From: Vermamoeba vermiformis
Taxonomy: Eukaryota
Reading direction: 5' to 3'
NCBI GenBank assembly: GCA_045837725.1
Contig: JBEWZL010000179.1
Location: 372,001 to 436,000, forward strand
DNA: 64,000 nt
Shown here: positions 1-12,249 of the stretch, in pieces
Layout of the letters: each line of letters opens with the position of its first letter
Position numbering within the stretch: position 1 is the stretch's first letter
Notes under the pieces: generated by a model
The model's input: the letters and a program-made list of their open reading frames with translations, nothing else
Databases searched by the model: none
What the model was told of the DNA's origin: nothing
Made by a program: the position numbers and the translations under genes

Positions 1-699
1 GCCTATTCAAGACATGAGCCTCGAGCAGTTCAAACACACTATTGATGTGAACTTAGTAGGAGTATTTTTAATCACGCGAGAGGTAAGCATAAGCGGCACG
101 TGTCAAACTCAACAACACCCTACAATCATCGTTTAATTGACAGTTCATGAAACAACTCAAAGCACATGCTGATACATTGACACCCGAGCAAAAGTTGACC
201 ACGCACGCTAGTATTGGTACGAGAATATGTTAACAACTTAAATTGAGGTCAACGTGTTAATGCTCTTTGTAGCTATCATTGGCAGCACAGCGGGCAAGTT
301 TGGCGAGGCCAATCACATTGACTACAGTGCTAGCAAATCAGCACTCATGTACGGCTTCAATTATTCGCTGAAGAACGAGATCATCAGAATATTACCTCGT
401 GCGACTGTCAATGTTGTAGCACCTGGGTACGTCTACAAAGTAATTGTTTAGTATGAACAGCACTCATATCATACTGCAGTTGGGTCCGTACATCGATGGC
501 CGAAGAAGCTATTGCCCAAGGACTGCACTACAAAGCACTGCGTACCATGCCATTAGCTAAGGTCGCAACAGTTGAAGACTGTTCGAATGCAGTGTTGATG
601 GTCACTTCACCTGTGACTGGCGGTCATATGAGTGGCGTAGTACTATCAATTGATGGTGGTATGGAAGGTCGTGTGTTGCACGACTTCAGCCAGCAATAA
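1..699 (+). CDS. Short-chain dehydrogenase/reductase, 3' part; starts upstream of the window
   Basis: Spliced exons give IDVNLVG, IGSTAG, catalytic YSASK (YxxxK), VNVVAPG and SIDGG; stop at 697-699. Confidence 0.9.
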
Positions 700-769
700 A
701 AGCACGTGACATCCAAAAAATTAAGACCCGTTGTCATTTTGTTTGGTATTATTTATTAAGTTAAACACC

Positions 770-1676
770 ATGGCTTCGTGGAGCTCGTATTTAGCCGATG
801 AAGTCGCTCTTCAAGTCGGAGCAACAGTGCTGACAAATCTGACTATGATCCCTGCGATCGTGCAGTCCGTGCGCAAGAGAACATTCTATGAACTAGCATT
901 ATTGTCGGCAACTATGTTCACTTCGATCATGTACCACATGGCGGATACAGTCAAGACAAAGATTTGGGGTATGTGAATTGATTTTTGCTGGCGCATAAAA
1001 ATTTTAAAATAATATGGACTATCAGTTAAAGCATTAGCTTTATGGTGATATCTGCCAAAATTATTTTAAATTATTTGGTTATTTTTGAGGGATTCCGTGT
1101 CAAGTATTCATTTTGTCTCGTAGGAATGACTCCTGGCAATTGGCATCGTTTGGACAACGTTTTCGCAATATTGTCTGCTCAAACTATGTTCATTCACTTC
1201 GCGGATTTCCAAACTCAAGAAGTCAACGAGCTTGTACGATGGATCTGCTTGTTCATCACTTTGTTCTTCCAAGTAAGCTTCATTAATTATTTAATAGCCT
1301 ATTTACACTTCATTAGGAACGTGGACCTTGGGTGGAGATGCATATGATTATTCCTATCGCCTTATCCATCTTAATGATGTTGGTCAAATTCGCCATTCAA
1401 CGACGCGTTCCTAAGTGCAACATCAACTTGTTATACGGCTCATTATTAGCACTCGTCGGTGTGTTCTTTTTCCACCGTGGATTGGATGATGACAATGACT
1501 GGTAAGGCTGTGCCATATAATCAAACCTAGTGTCTAACACGCGTTACAGGTTGCGATTAAATCACGGCTTGTGGCACTCGTTCATCGGATTGGCCACTTA
1601 TTTCTTTTTTAAATCGAAGAACAGTGATTTGAAGCACCGAAAACATCGTCACGGTGAGGCTAAGAAGGACGTGTAA
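770..1676 (+). CDS. TMEM8/PGAP6/myomaker-like multi-pass membrane protein (CREST superfamily), 4 exons
   Basis: TNLTMIPA, TSIMYH (SxxxH), WHRLDNVF and NHGLWH (HxxxH) separated by hydrophobic helices; GT-AG introns keep the frame. Confidence 0.7.
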
Positions 1677-1734
1677 TGTACAAATAATATTACATTTATT
1701 TACAGAACATTCTATGCACAATATATTACAATTG

Positions 1735-2766
1735 TTATATCTCGGTCATTTTGACCTTATCTGCCTCATTTTTGATATGCAGAACTACGTCTTTATCGTC
1801 TTTTTTACGATGAACTCGTGCTACGACACCCATTTTTGTCTTCGCAGCGGCAATGTACGGATTTTCAACAGGCTGACGAGCACTATGAAATAGGTTAGTT
1901 CCAAGCGAGTACTACTATATTTACATACACTGATGATGGCGGTGCTCTATTGAATGGTTTGTCACGCCCTCCAAATCGCAGTTGACCTGACTCTTTCTTG
2001 CCACTCAATCCACCACCTATGCAATATCCAATCATGTCAATACCCTATTATTACTTGCAATGACGGGCACTAATATACCTAGCCTTCGAGGCACCCAGCC
2101 TTTCATTACGCGTTCTCGCTCGTAGTCGACAAGGATCTGACTGCCATCGATCAAAATTTTGTTCGCGTCCTAATAATAGCAGTAAGTTAAATGCATATTA
2201 ATGTTCAGTATATTACCCTCCACGCTCGTTCAAATGACTTCTTATTGTCGTAAGTAATGAAGGCGTAGCCCTTCGAGTAGCCAGTCACTGCCAGTTTTAT
2301 TACATAAGTATTGACTCGTTATTATGGAATTATAAGCTTACCAATATCTCGTACTAGCCGTAAATGTACTATTTTGCCATATTTTTCGAATGTCTTGTGC
2401 AATGTCTCTTCGGTAGTGCGTGGATTTAGTCGGCCGACAAATAACGTCAAATATTCATCGCCAGTAATTTTTTTATCTTTCTTTGGATCATCTGTGCATA
2501 ACACAAGCAATTAATTTGTGCCTTGACAAGCATTATAATTTTAAAAAATAAAGGATAAAAAAAAATTTCTTATCATGCTTGGGATCGCGAGTTATTGTTT
2601 AATATTAATACATACATTTAGCTTTCATAGCACGTACAATGCCGTGGTCGTGCGGGTCGGTGTTGTTCGGATCTATGTTTCTCCAACCTGCTTGCACTGG
2701 GACATATTTCTCCTCGCCAGTATTATCTGGGTAGTCATAATTACTACCACCGCTGTATCTACTCAT
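1735..2766 (-). CDS. SNRNP35: U11/U12 snRNP 35 kDa protein (minor spliceosome)
   Basis: Spliced product has [10 protein letters not shown], the [19 protein letters not shown]...[17 protein letters not shown], then [38 protein letters not shown]. The [14 protein letters not shown] tail is typical of the 35K protein rather than U1-70K. Confidence 0.92.
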
Positions 2767-2921
2767 GAGTGCAGTTGTTGCATCCGCTTCACAAAAAAGA
2801 TGGAAAAAGACAAACCTATTCTGGCCTACCTAACTCGCACCTTACCGATTTGAACATTTATATAGACATTTATTCGATATAATTACATCATTTGCATTAT
2901 TTTATCGCAATTTTTTGCGGT

Positions 2922-3854
2922 TTAAGAGTTGTTTTTCAGTACTTTGACTTGTTTTCTGAATTTGTTTGGAGTGCTAAACGCTCTGCTTCGTAGGCCCTTT
3001 AAGTATTTAAACATGATAACAGAGAATGGAATATATGCTAATGCGAGTATCCAAGTCACCGCATAGCCCGCTGTAGATCTGGCGGCTGGATCCATCTCGG
3101 CTTGACTTTTAATCGATTGTATCAATAGATATAGCTCGGCAAATCCTAGCACAGGTTGTGTAAAAAAGAATAAGGTGTATCTATGTATATTAAAGTCAGT
3201 AGAAGCCCGTAAAGATGATTGATTAGATCGTGCGTACCGAATGTAAACAAGGAACGAAGGAGTCCAAGAATAAGAACCCAATTGATTTAAAGTATAGTAT
3301 AGGTATCTAATGGACTCTCCAGCACTCCAAATGATAATTGCAATGGGAAATGAGATCGCCTCTTGAACCTGCAAAAGGTTAAACTATGCGATCCGCAACG
3401 CTAAATTTATCTTGTTTTACTTACTTGAGCAACGTCCCAAGCAACAAATATTAACAATATTCTTGGTAATGTAATACCGAGGTGCCCTTTGATAGAGGAC
3501 TTGATCAGGCCAAACAAAGTGAACAGGATCTGAAAAAAATGTTTTTTAGAAAATTTAAATTTGTCTTTTAACGAGCTCACACAATGTTCATATGGTCTTG
3601 ATAATATATACATCAATATTGATATTTTTAAAATTACCTCGTGCAAGCTGGTCAATAACAGAAGTTTAAGAGGGAAATTGACGTCACCCCAAAAATCGAT
3701 AGGCGGGGTAATTAATGATTTAATTGATAAATATAATATCCATGCCCTAAATGAAAATAATATTAGCAAATCCTCAAACAGCACATCCGACAGCTTACCA
3801 ACCAAGGGTCAGAATTCCGTCATAAATGACGAAAAAGAATTGTTTGACTTTCAT
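2922..3854 (-). CDS. Divergent PTPLA/HACD/Phs1-like 3-hydroxyacyl-CoA dehydratase family membrane protein
   Basis: Spliced: MKVKQFFFVIYDGILTLGW...WSAGESIRYLYY...IRYTLFFFTQPVLGFAE...LAYIPFSVIMFKYLKGLR, matching the WSxxExIRYxxY and RY..P..E layout of Phs1/HACD. Confidence 0.75.
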
Positions 3855-4110
3855 TATTGATACAAATATTCAAATGCGCCGTTTGAGGTCTATTTCGAAA
3901 TAAAGACTGACCCTGGTTGGTGCCGTCGATTTTCCTTAGCAACGAATGACGTCACAGGCTCACGTTGACGCCCTACGTAAGATAACGCACCTAAGGTAGA
4001 GTTCGTAGCAGGCATATCACAAAGAGATTCAACGTAAAAGCGCTGTGGTCCTAAACCTGAAATGACGAGCTCTTTTTTGTCAATCCACCTTCACCCTGAG
4101 CAGATTTTGT

Positions 4111-4815
4111 GCGGATAGCAAACCAACTTTCGCTACTAGCGTTTTGTCTCGGAAAGCGGGTAGCACAACGGTGACATTTTGAATAGTACAAATGCTACCC
4201 GCCCTCTTCGTGTCGCTAACAAGCGGCTAGGTTTTAACTGGTAGAAAAGTAATAATAGATAAAAGATATTCCGTCAAATTACGCGCAATAGAACAGATGA
4301 GATGTTACTTGGGTAAAATATTTATTTAATTAAATATTTAATACACTGACATATCCTAAAAAAAACGGTGTTAGATTATTAGGTTTGAGACTGAATCCAA
4401 AATTCGAACTTACCCAGGTATTTGAGCACCTTGTATGTTTGCTTCAACCTTAATGAAAGCATATTATTAGGTATAATACAAAATTAAATTTGATTTTTTG
4501 CGTACTTTGAACATAATTTAATTTCGGCAGATGTGTCAGCTTCACTGGATGGAGTACTGCTGTGCGGACTTAGTTATTTTCCAACTCATATTTCAGGAAA
4601 AGTAGTAACATATTCACAACGGGCTAATAGGAAATAGCGATTCGCCTTCTGGGTGGTTTTGCTATCAGCTTTAACCAATTATCGCCCAACGCTAGCTTAT
4701 GCCCAATTAGCGGTGCTACCCGCATGAAACTGTTTGGTTTATTGGTTAATGCTACCCGCACCACAAAACCGTAGGTTTTATTGCCCAAATTCCTACCCGC
4801 ATGGCGGTGCTACCA
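4111..4815. promoter_or_regulatory. Cluster of TGCTACCCGC motifs in the divergent HACD-like/mtnB intergenic region
   Basis: Perfect copies at 4156-4165 (reverse), 4193-4202, 4714-4723 and 4750-4759; variants at 4111-4120, 4660-4669, 4792-4800 and 4808-4815. Confidence 0.55.
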
Positions 4816-4836
4816 TTTTGTTTTTCCTTCAGGACA

Positions 4837-6121
4837 ATGAGCAACAACAGCGAAAACAATAAAAATAACACAAAAGAGGAAGAGTTGGATAATGAACATC
4901 CTCGTGTATTAATTCCTGAATTATGCAGACAGTTTTACCACCTTGGATGGGTCACTGGTACTGGCGGTGGAATTAGCATGAAATACAAGTATGAAAATTA
5001 TGAAATAGGATTATGCTAAACACGAGATGCTCTAAAAAACAAATCGAAGAATTTTAGAACGTCGATATTTTGCTAATAATTATTCTCTCGCATTCTTTAT
5101 TCAGTTTTGTCCGAACAATGCTCTAAATAATATGGCACTAACCGCGTTTTTATTATAAAATTATAGAAACAATTATTACATCGCTCCATCTGGAGTTCAG
5201 AAAGAACGGATCCAACCCGACGACATGTTCGTGTTGAACGAGTCTGAAGATGTATTAGCCAAGCCCATTAAGCCTTATAAACCATCACAGTGCACTCCGC
5301 TGTTTTTCAACGCCTACAAAATGCGCGATGTAAGTATTGCTCTTGGATCTGACGATAATTGCTTTACTACGGCATTCAATAGCCACCTCATACCTATCAT
5401 ATTAAATAATGTATTAATAACAATTCATTTTCGATACCTCAATAGGCTGCTGCCTGCATCCACACGCACTCGCAACACGCAGTCATGGTCACGCTGTTGT
5501 ACGAAAAGGACTTCAGAATTACTCACCAAGAAATGATTAAAGGTACGTACGAGTCGGCGATTGAATTAACGACGGACCGTTCTAATCAAGAGCCTGTCAT
5601 TACTTCATGTGCTTTAGTAGTGTGGATCTCGATGATCATACATATAGTGCAGCCTTCGTATTAACATCACTATACAGGCATTAAGAAGGGCTGGGGACCT
5701 AATGCCAAGAGCTTGCAGTACTACGACACAGTTGTCGTGCCAATCATTGAAAACACACCGCAAGAGATGGACTTGACAGATCGCATGGCCAAAGCAATGG
5801 AAGAGTATCCGGATGCTAACGCCGTATTGGTCAGGTAATACATGGAAATACACGTCACGTATCAGTTGTTTCCTATCTTTTGGAATTGTTCGGCGTACCA
5901 ATAGGAAATATCACTCAATTTCGATTTGTGCTAATCTGGGCTCACCCGTTATTTTTAGACGTCACGGTGTCTATGTTTGGGGACCTACTTGGGAACTCGC
6001 AAAGACTATGTGCGAGTGCTATGACTACTTGTTTGAAATTGCTGTCAAAATGAGACAAATGGGAATGGATCCGAACAAAGTACCCGAAAACTCGCCCTAC
6101 AAGGATGTGATGGACAAATAA
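4837..6121 (+). CDS. mtnB: Methylthioribulose-1-phosphate dehydratase (methionine salvage; APIP/Mde1)
   Basis: [72 protein letters not shown] and [13 protein letters not shown]. Confidence 0.97.
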
Positions 6122-6302
6122 ATCATCACCGGCGAACAAGGCGAATTTCAAATACTTCAGAGTACATAATTCTATACAATTACTAACTTTGTAAGAATTT
6201 AGAACGAGCTTCGGAAAAAAATCCGCGGCGGTGGAAAACTGGGGCGGAACCCAAAATAGACACAGCTCCGCTAAGGAACTCATTTTTGAATTGACAACAA
6301 CA

Positions 6303-8235
6303 ATGCAACCACAACAAGCAATACTGACCCCTCAACAACAGTTCATTAAGAGCCTCAGCCCTCGAGCTAAAGTCATCCTGCCAACAGATGCAGACTTTTC
6401 TCAAGCCAAAAAGATTTGGAACGCTCTGCACGACAAAGTTAATCCAGCTATGATTGTGCAAGTCGGAGGCGTATCCGATGTCGTGCAGACAGTCAAGTAC
6501 GCAAAATCAGGCAAGTTTTTTTGATCTTTGAAATTGTGAATTTAATCTTTAATAACCTGCGCTGTAATATAAATGCTTATAGTAATTATGATATTTTTTA
6601 GAAAATTTGAAGGTAGCACCTCGTTGCGGTGGTCACAGCGGTGCTGGATTCTCAACGGTCGAAGGAGGAATCGTCATTGACCTCCAACAAATGAAAGGTG
6701 AGCTCATACATAAGGCATTTTATGGTTTGATAGAGTTACAAGAGAAATTAATCTTCTAATGTCACTCCGTATTCCAAATTTGGATTCTAGAAGCGATCGT
6801 CAGATCACAAATGTTTTCATTCTCCTGACTCACGTTCGACATTATTTAGGAATTAAAATCGATCCAAAAGCTAAAACTGCTTGGGTTGAAGGAGGAACTC
6901 TTGGTCAGGATCTCGATCACGAAACTTCTTTCTATGGCTTGGCCACACCAATCGGTTAGTATCTATCCTATTCATTCTAATACAAGGCATAGTTTAAGAT
7001 ATTTGCGCAATAAAAGCCCTCTGCGGTCAAAAAGGAGTATGGTTACAAGTTACCTGTTAACACCTACATTTGTGCAGGCACTGTGTCCCACACAGGTGTG
7101 TTCGGTCTGGTTCTGGGTGGCGGCCAAGGACATCTCAGTCGATTATATGGATTGAGCGTTGATAACGTGCTCGACGCAACCATTGTATTGCACGACGGAT
7201 CTGTCAAGTACTGCTCGGAGCATGAAAATTCGGATCTATTCTGGGCAATTAGAGGAGCGGGCCCTAACTTCGGAGTTGTCACCTCACTCACCTTGCGTCT
7301 TCACGACTTGCCGAAGACCCATCAGAACATCCTGATCTACCCTCTGCCTATTGCAAAGCCCGTGATCCAGCACATTGTCGAGTACAGCAAAACTACTATG
7401 CCGCGTCAAATGAAGTAAGATCACATTGATAATCTCGCGACTGTTCACTAACACGATAATAGTATGCTTGGTTCGATTGTTAATAGCCCTCACGGTCCAG
7501 TTTTTGTAGCAACATTGCTGTACTTCGGATCTTACGAAGAAGCTGAAGCAGCCATTAAACCGATCAAGAACCTTGAAGTCAAGCCTGTAATGGAAGTTCC
7601 TCTTCAAGAGGTGCCCTACACTGCCGTTCAAAGTTCATACGACGACAAAGCCCCGCACCACTTGAAGTACTACTTGAAGGGCGGTCTCGTGAGTGATTTC
7701 ACTGACCAAGTGTTTGAAACTGCATTGCAACGCATGCAATCCGCCACCTCGCCAACTACTGGTATGTGCGCGCTAACTTAAGTTAGTTAAACTGTTGTTA
7801 ATCTTTGTCTCCCGTAGCAATTCTGATGCAAGTTCTCGGAGGTGCTATCAATGACAAGACCCCTGACTCGGTCGCTTATCCAGGTCGAGGCGAAGCATTT
7901 GCTTTTGACATTGTGACATCTTGGAACGACGAGGATGGTAAGATTTCATCGTGTAATCCTTGCCTCACGCGCGCCGCTAACCAATGAATATTTTAGATGC
8001 CAAGCATATCGCATGGACCAAAGAGACCTACAAATTGTTCCAAGAAGCAGGCTGCTATTATTCCGTCTATTCGAACTTTATTGGAGCTGCAGATGATGCA
8101 CGTGACACGCAACGAATTAGCAGGGCTTTCGGCGGCAACTTGGACAGACTTCGACAAATCAAAGCTAAATATGACCCCGATAACTACTTCTCGCACAATA
8201 TCAACGTGGCTCTTCCTCCAAATGCAATCAACTAA
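6303..8235 (+). CDS. FAD-linked oxidase, berberine-bridge-enzyme-like (VAO/PCMH family)
   Basis: PRCGGHS covalent-FAD His motif, GGIVIDL, TGVFGLVLGGGQG, YGLSVDNV, DLFWAIRGAGPNFGVVT and the C-terminal BBE motif RLRQIKAKYDPDNYF. Confidence 0.93.
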
Positions 8236-8395
8236 TGTATACAGCTGCCATCCGGAGTTACCGTAAATTTTTGGTCTGTTTCAAACGCAAGATACAAAAT
8301 TAAACATGTCGATTTGTAATTCTTTTTATTATTGCGGAACGATTCAATAACGTAAATTGAGCAGCGGGTCAATTTGTCATTTAGAATTGTTCACG

Positions 8396-8622
8396 GGGAG
8401 GCGTATAAGTTCCGTCGGTCTTAGAAAAAAAACCTACATTATTTTTAAGACCTACGCCGCGTCGGTTTGTAGGTTTTTTAAATTTTGATCCAAGGCTCAG
8501 TAGCATCCCCATGGTCCATACGGCCTATTTCCGGTTTGGGTAAAACCTACAAACCGACCCGGCGTCGGTCCTCAAAATAATGTAGGTTTTTTTCTAAGAC
8601 CGACGGAACTTATACGCCTCCC
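8396..8622. mobile_element. 227-bp non-autonomous DNA transposon (MITE) with about 83-bp TIRs and an 8-bp TSD
   Basis: Left end GGGAGGCGTATAAGTTCCGTCGGTCTTAG is the reverse complement of right end CTAAGACCGACGGAACTTATACGCCTCCC. TGTTCACG is directly repeated at 8388-8395 and 8623-8630. No ORF inside. Confidence 0.93.
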
Positions 8623-8706
8623 TGTTCACGTGCTTTTTCAAACTCCCTTTCGAACATTTGTTATTTTTGAACTTTAACCGCACAGCAAGTCCACAGGAGG
8701 ATTACG

Positions 8707-11700
8707 ATGTACAAAAGTATCGTCCTTGGGCTTTGCCTCATCGTTGCGCTTGTCTATGCGCACGAGGGCAAAAGTCACCACTGCATTCACGATGAGCTCG
8801 AAGTGAATGAAGGACGCAGCGCTATGGAATTTGAATTTATGAAGAATCCTAGCTCAAAAGATCAACGTGCTATTCAGCAAACTAACGCACCACCTCATGA
8901 TTACATGCGAACGAAGCTTGAGCCGGTGTTAGATGCTGATCCCAACACCTGTTACAGAGCGGGAGACGTTGTTCAAACTAGAAGTGGCCAGTCATATACA
9001 TGCACGCAGAGTGATATTATGTCGACCAATAAGCGCCAATACGTTATTGATATCGCCAACGAAGCACTTGCAATTCTATCTGAAACTTTGAAGGTAGTTC
9101 GATTGGCTTCATTAACTATTCCAACCACAACATGTGGATCAGCACCAGGTAATTTTTGCGTATTATTACAGCTATAATATCAAAAATAAGTGGATTAAAT
9201 AATGTCAGTTGTGAAAATCCGTTTCAAAAATCGGTGGAGATATAATTTACAGAAATCGAAATAATTTAGTTCATGCTTTAAATATGACTTATAATTTACT
9301 ATTTATTACGAGCCACTCATAATTTTTCATTAGTTAAGGCCATTACTATTAGCTTGTATTTTTCAATGCAGTTTTAATCTTTAATCACTCAATAATATAA
9401 TACTACGTATAAATAATAATATGCACACTATAATTGTGCATAAAAATGGTTATTACGTTATGCTAGCGTGTACCGCCAAGCTAACGGAGCGGATTCCTTC
9501 TGTAGAATGTACTAATCCTTATTATAATATAGGTGTTACCGTGCCTGATGCATACAAGAACGGAGGTGTTACTGGAATTGATTTCGTTCTCTTCTTGACA
9601 GCACGCCCGATCCCATCAACCAGCTCGACCTCGCAAGTTCTGGCTTATGCTTCCTCTTGCTGGGCTACGCTGTAAGACTTCGAAATTAGTATATGTATGC
9701 ATTATACTAAACATTGCTGGTGACAGGTACGGCCGCTCTATTGCTGGTCACGCCAACTTCAATCCATCTGCGCTCGATCTCGATCCAGCTTCTCGCAGAC
9801 GCCAAGTGGCTGTAGCGTTACACGAAATTACTCACGCACTTGGTTTCAGCTCAGGAAAGTTCGGAGACTTCATTCGTTGGGTCAATGCCACTGCTTATCA
9901 GAGCATCGACATTTCGGAGGTTTATCTGCAGACTACTTTGCCTGGCTGGAAGAGCGCCTCGTTCATCAAGTCACCTAATGTAGTGGCATTCGTACAAAAG
10001 CACTTTGGTTGCGATACTCTGCCTGGTGTAAGTAGTTCAGCGATTTTTTTGCGGATTTGCGAATTGAAAATTTTTCCTCGTGTTACAAAGATCGTCTTGA
10101 TGCTACACTATATTATTATCAATATTATGAACCTTCTTCTCTCGATTGCTAATGTTATCACCCCAGGCTGAAATCGAGGACGGTGGTGGCGGAGGTACCG
10201 CTGGATCTCACTGGGAAAAGCGTACATTCAACAACGAGTACATGACTGGCAGTGAAGTCGAGTGGTCTGTATTTAGTCCACTTACCCTCGCTTATTTTGC
10301 GGACTCTGGTTGGTATCAGATTGACGACACGAAAGCGCAGGCTTTGGTCTGGGGTATAAACCAGGTACGCGGAAAATTTTACAAATTTAAGAAATCATAC
10401 TCCGGTGGTATATAAATTAAGCCCATAGTATGACTCGGGAGTTAAGAAATTGAGTAACGGTCAGAAAATTATTGCGTTGTGGATCAAGTATTAAAACCCT
10501 TACAAATTGTTTAACTTCTATTAATTTTATCGATTTTGCTCGTGGATTATACGAAACTAATATTAGTACTGACTGCTTAATGCTCCCAAAATTTATTTCT
10601 GCTTCTTATTACGCGGATCATTTCACTCGATCGCGAACCAAACAGTCAACTAATAATCGCTAAATAGGGCTGTAATTTTGCGATGAAGCAGTGCTTAACA
10701 GGCAACTGGCCAACAGGCGGCGGATACCTCTGTCAAAAGAGTACGACAGGTGCATCCGATCCCACCTTTGACCGCGTTGGTTACGGCATTTGCAACTACG
10801 TTACATATTCATCGCCATTGCCCGCTCAGTTCCAGTAAGTATCTAGGACTGGTTGTGAGTTTGAGGAGTGATTAGTGGTTTAATGATGTTAATTCCTATG
10901 CTATACATCGAACACTCGAGTCGCGACACTTGGGTGTTGTGATAAAAATGTACCAAACTGAAATATAACCACTAATTCATTCTTCAAATTATTTTTTAGC
11001 TTTTAGCACAAAGCAAAAGCCCTAGAAATTTTTCTTTTGTATCATGGATCGTGATCTAATTATTGTCCGTAGGAACATTCCTGGCCAGCCTTCAGACGGA
11101 GGTGCGAGTCAATTGGCCGATTATTGCACGTACATTCAATACAACACACTGTGCACCAGTCAGCCCAGCGACTCCAGCGTGTTAAACACCGCTGAACAGT
11201 ACTGCGACACGTGTCGTGTGTTCCAAGCCAACTTGGGTTCAGTCGTCAACAAGAACTCGTGCTACAACATCACTTGTGCTGCGGACGATGATTTGCGCGT
11301 GCAAGTCGAGAGTATTTGGTACAAGTGCCCCATTGACGGTGGTTCAGTTCAGCCGTACAACTTTGAAGGCTCTATTGATTGCGAACCAGTACGTGTCGTG
11401 CTCATACAAATTTATTACTGTTTATTGATCCTCATATTTTTGCCACAGAAAGCAGCTGCTATTCTCTGTCCTCAAGTCGCGTTGCAACCCGCTGATTTGT
11501 GGCCTGTCTACGACAGTATTGACCCGACGAGCGGTGGTCCTGGCATCAACGTCACTATTAAGGGTATGAGTATATTGACATAGCCTTATTATTTATTTGA
11601 GTACTAATACGCGAAAATCAGGCAGCAACTTGAGCAAGGTCACGGCTATCAAGATCGGTCCTGGCATTTCAACCAGCGTGACAGTCGTTTCTGACACTGA

Positions 11701-12249
11701 AATCCAAGGTAGGCCCCTAGTACATTGTATATATATAAACAAGGCACTAATATTGATGTTATTAGCTGTTGCGCCTGATGCCTCGAACTACGGCAGTTTG
11801 GTGTTTTTGAGCGGTTCTAAAGTCATTGTTGGTGTCATTGACGATCAAGGACGAACAGACTACAAGTTGGTACGTTATCTACGTTACAACTAATCTATCG
11901 ATTTGACTAACGGGCCAATATAGGAGGAGTTTGAGATGAAGACTGAGCTCAACAGCGGATTCATCGACGCATTCGGCAAGTGGATCGAGGTAAGAACTGG
12001 CACAACTAATCAATGCACGTGAACTGTAATATTAATATTATTACACGTTAGGCTAATCCCGTCTGGTTCGCCGTTATTATTGTCGGTGCAGTTGGTGTGA
12101 TCGGCTGCGTGATCTTCTGCATCTGCCGCTGCTGCAAGAAGAAGAAGAAAGGCAAACCCAAGCGCGGTCAATACCACGAGAAGGGAGGCAACATTGATCA
12201 CTATTACAACGAGGATTATGTTCGTGCTCAAGCCGCATCTCGTGCTTAA
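8707..12249 (+). CDS. Leishmanolysin/GP63-like M8 metallopeptidase with IPT/TIG-like domain, TM helix and Cys-rich cytosolic tail
   Basis: Signal peptide, HHCIHD propeptide, LHEITHALGF zinc motif, EIEDGGGGGTAGSHWEKR...EYMTG, LAYFADSGWY, LADYC. Followed by IDPTSGGPGINVTIKGSNL, a TM segment and CVIFCICRCCKKKKK. Confidence 0.92.

Noticed and set aside
1-8235. SDR, HACD-like, mtnB and BBE-like oxidase as a biosynthetic gene cluster
   Set aside because: Interleaved with unrelated housekeeping genes such as SNRNP35, and no core synthase is visible in the window.
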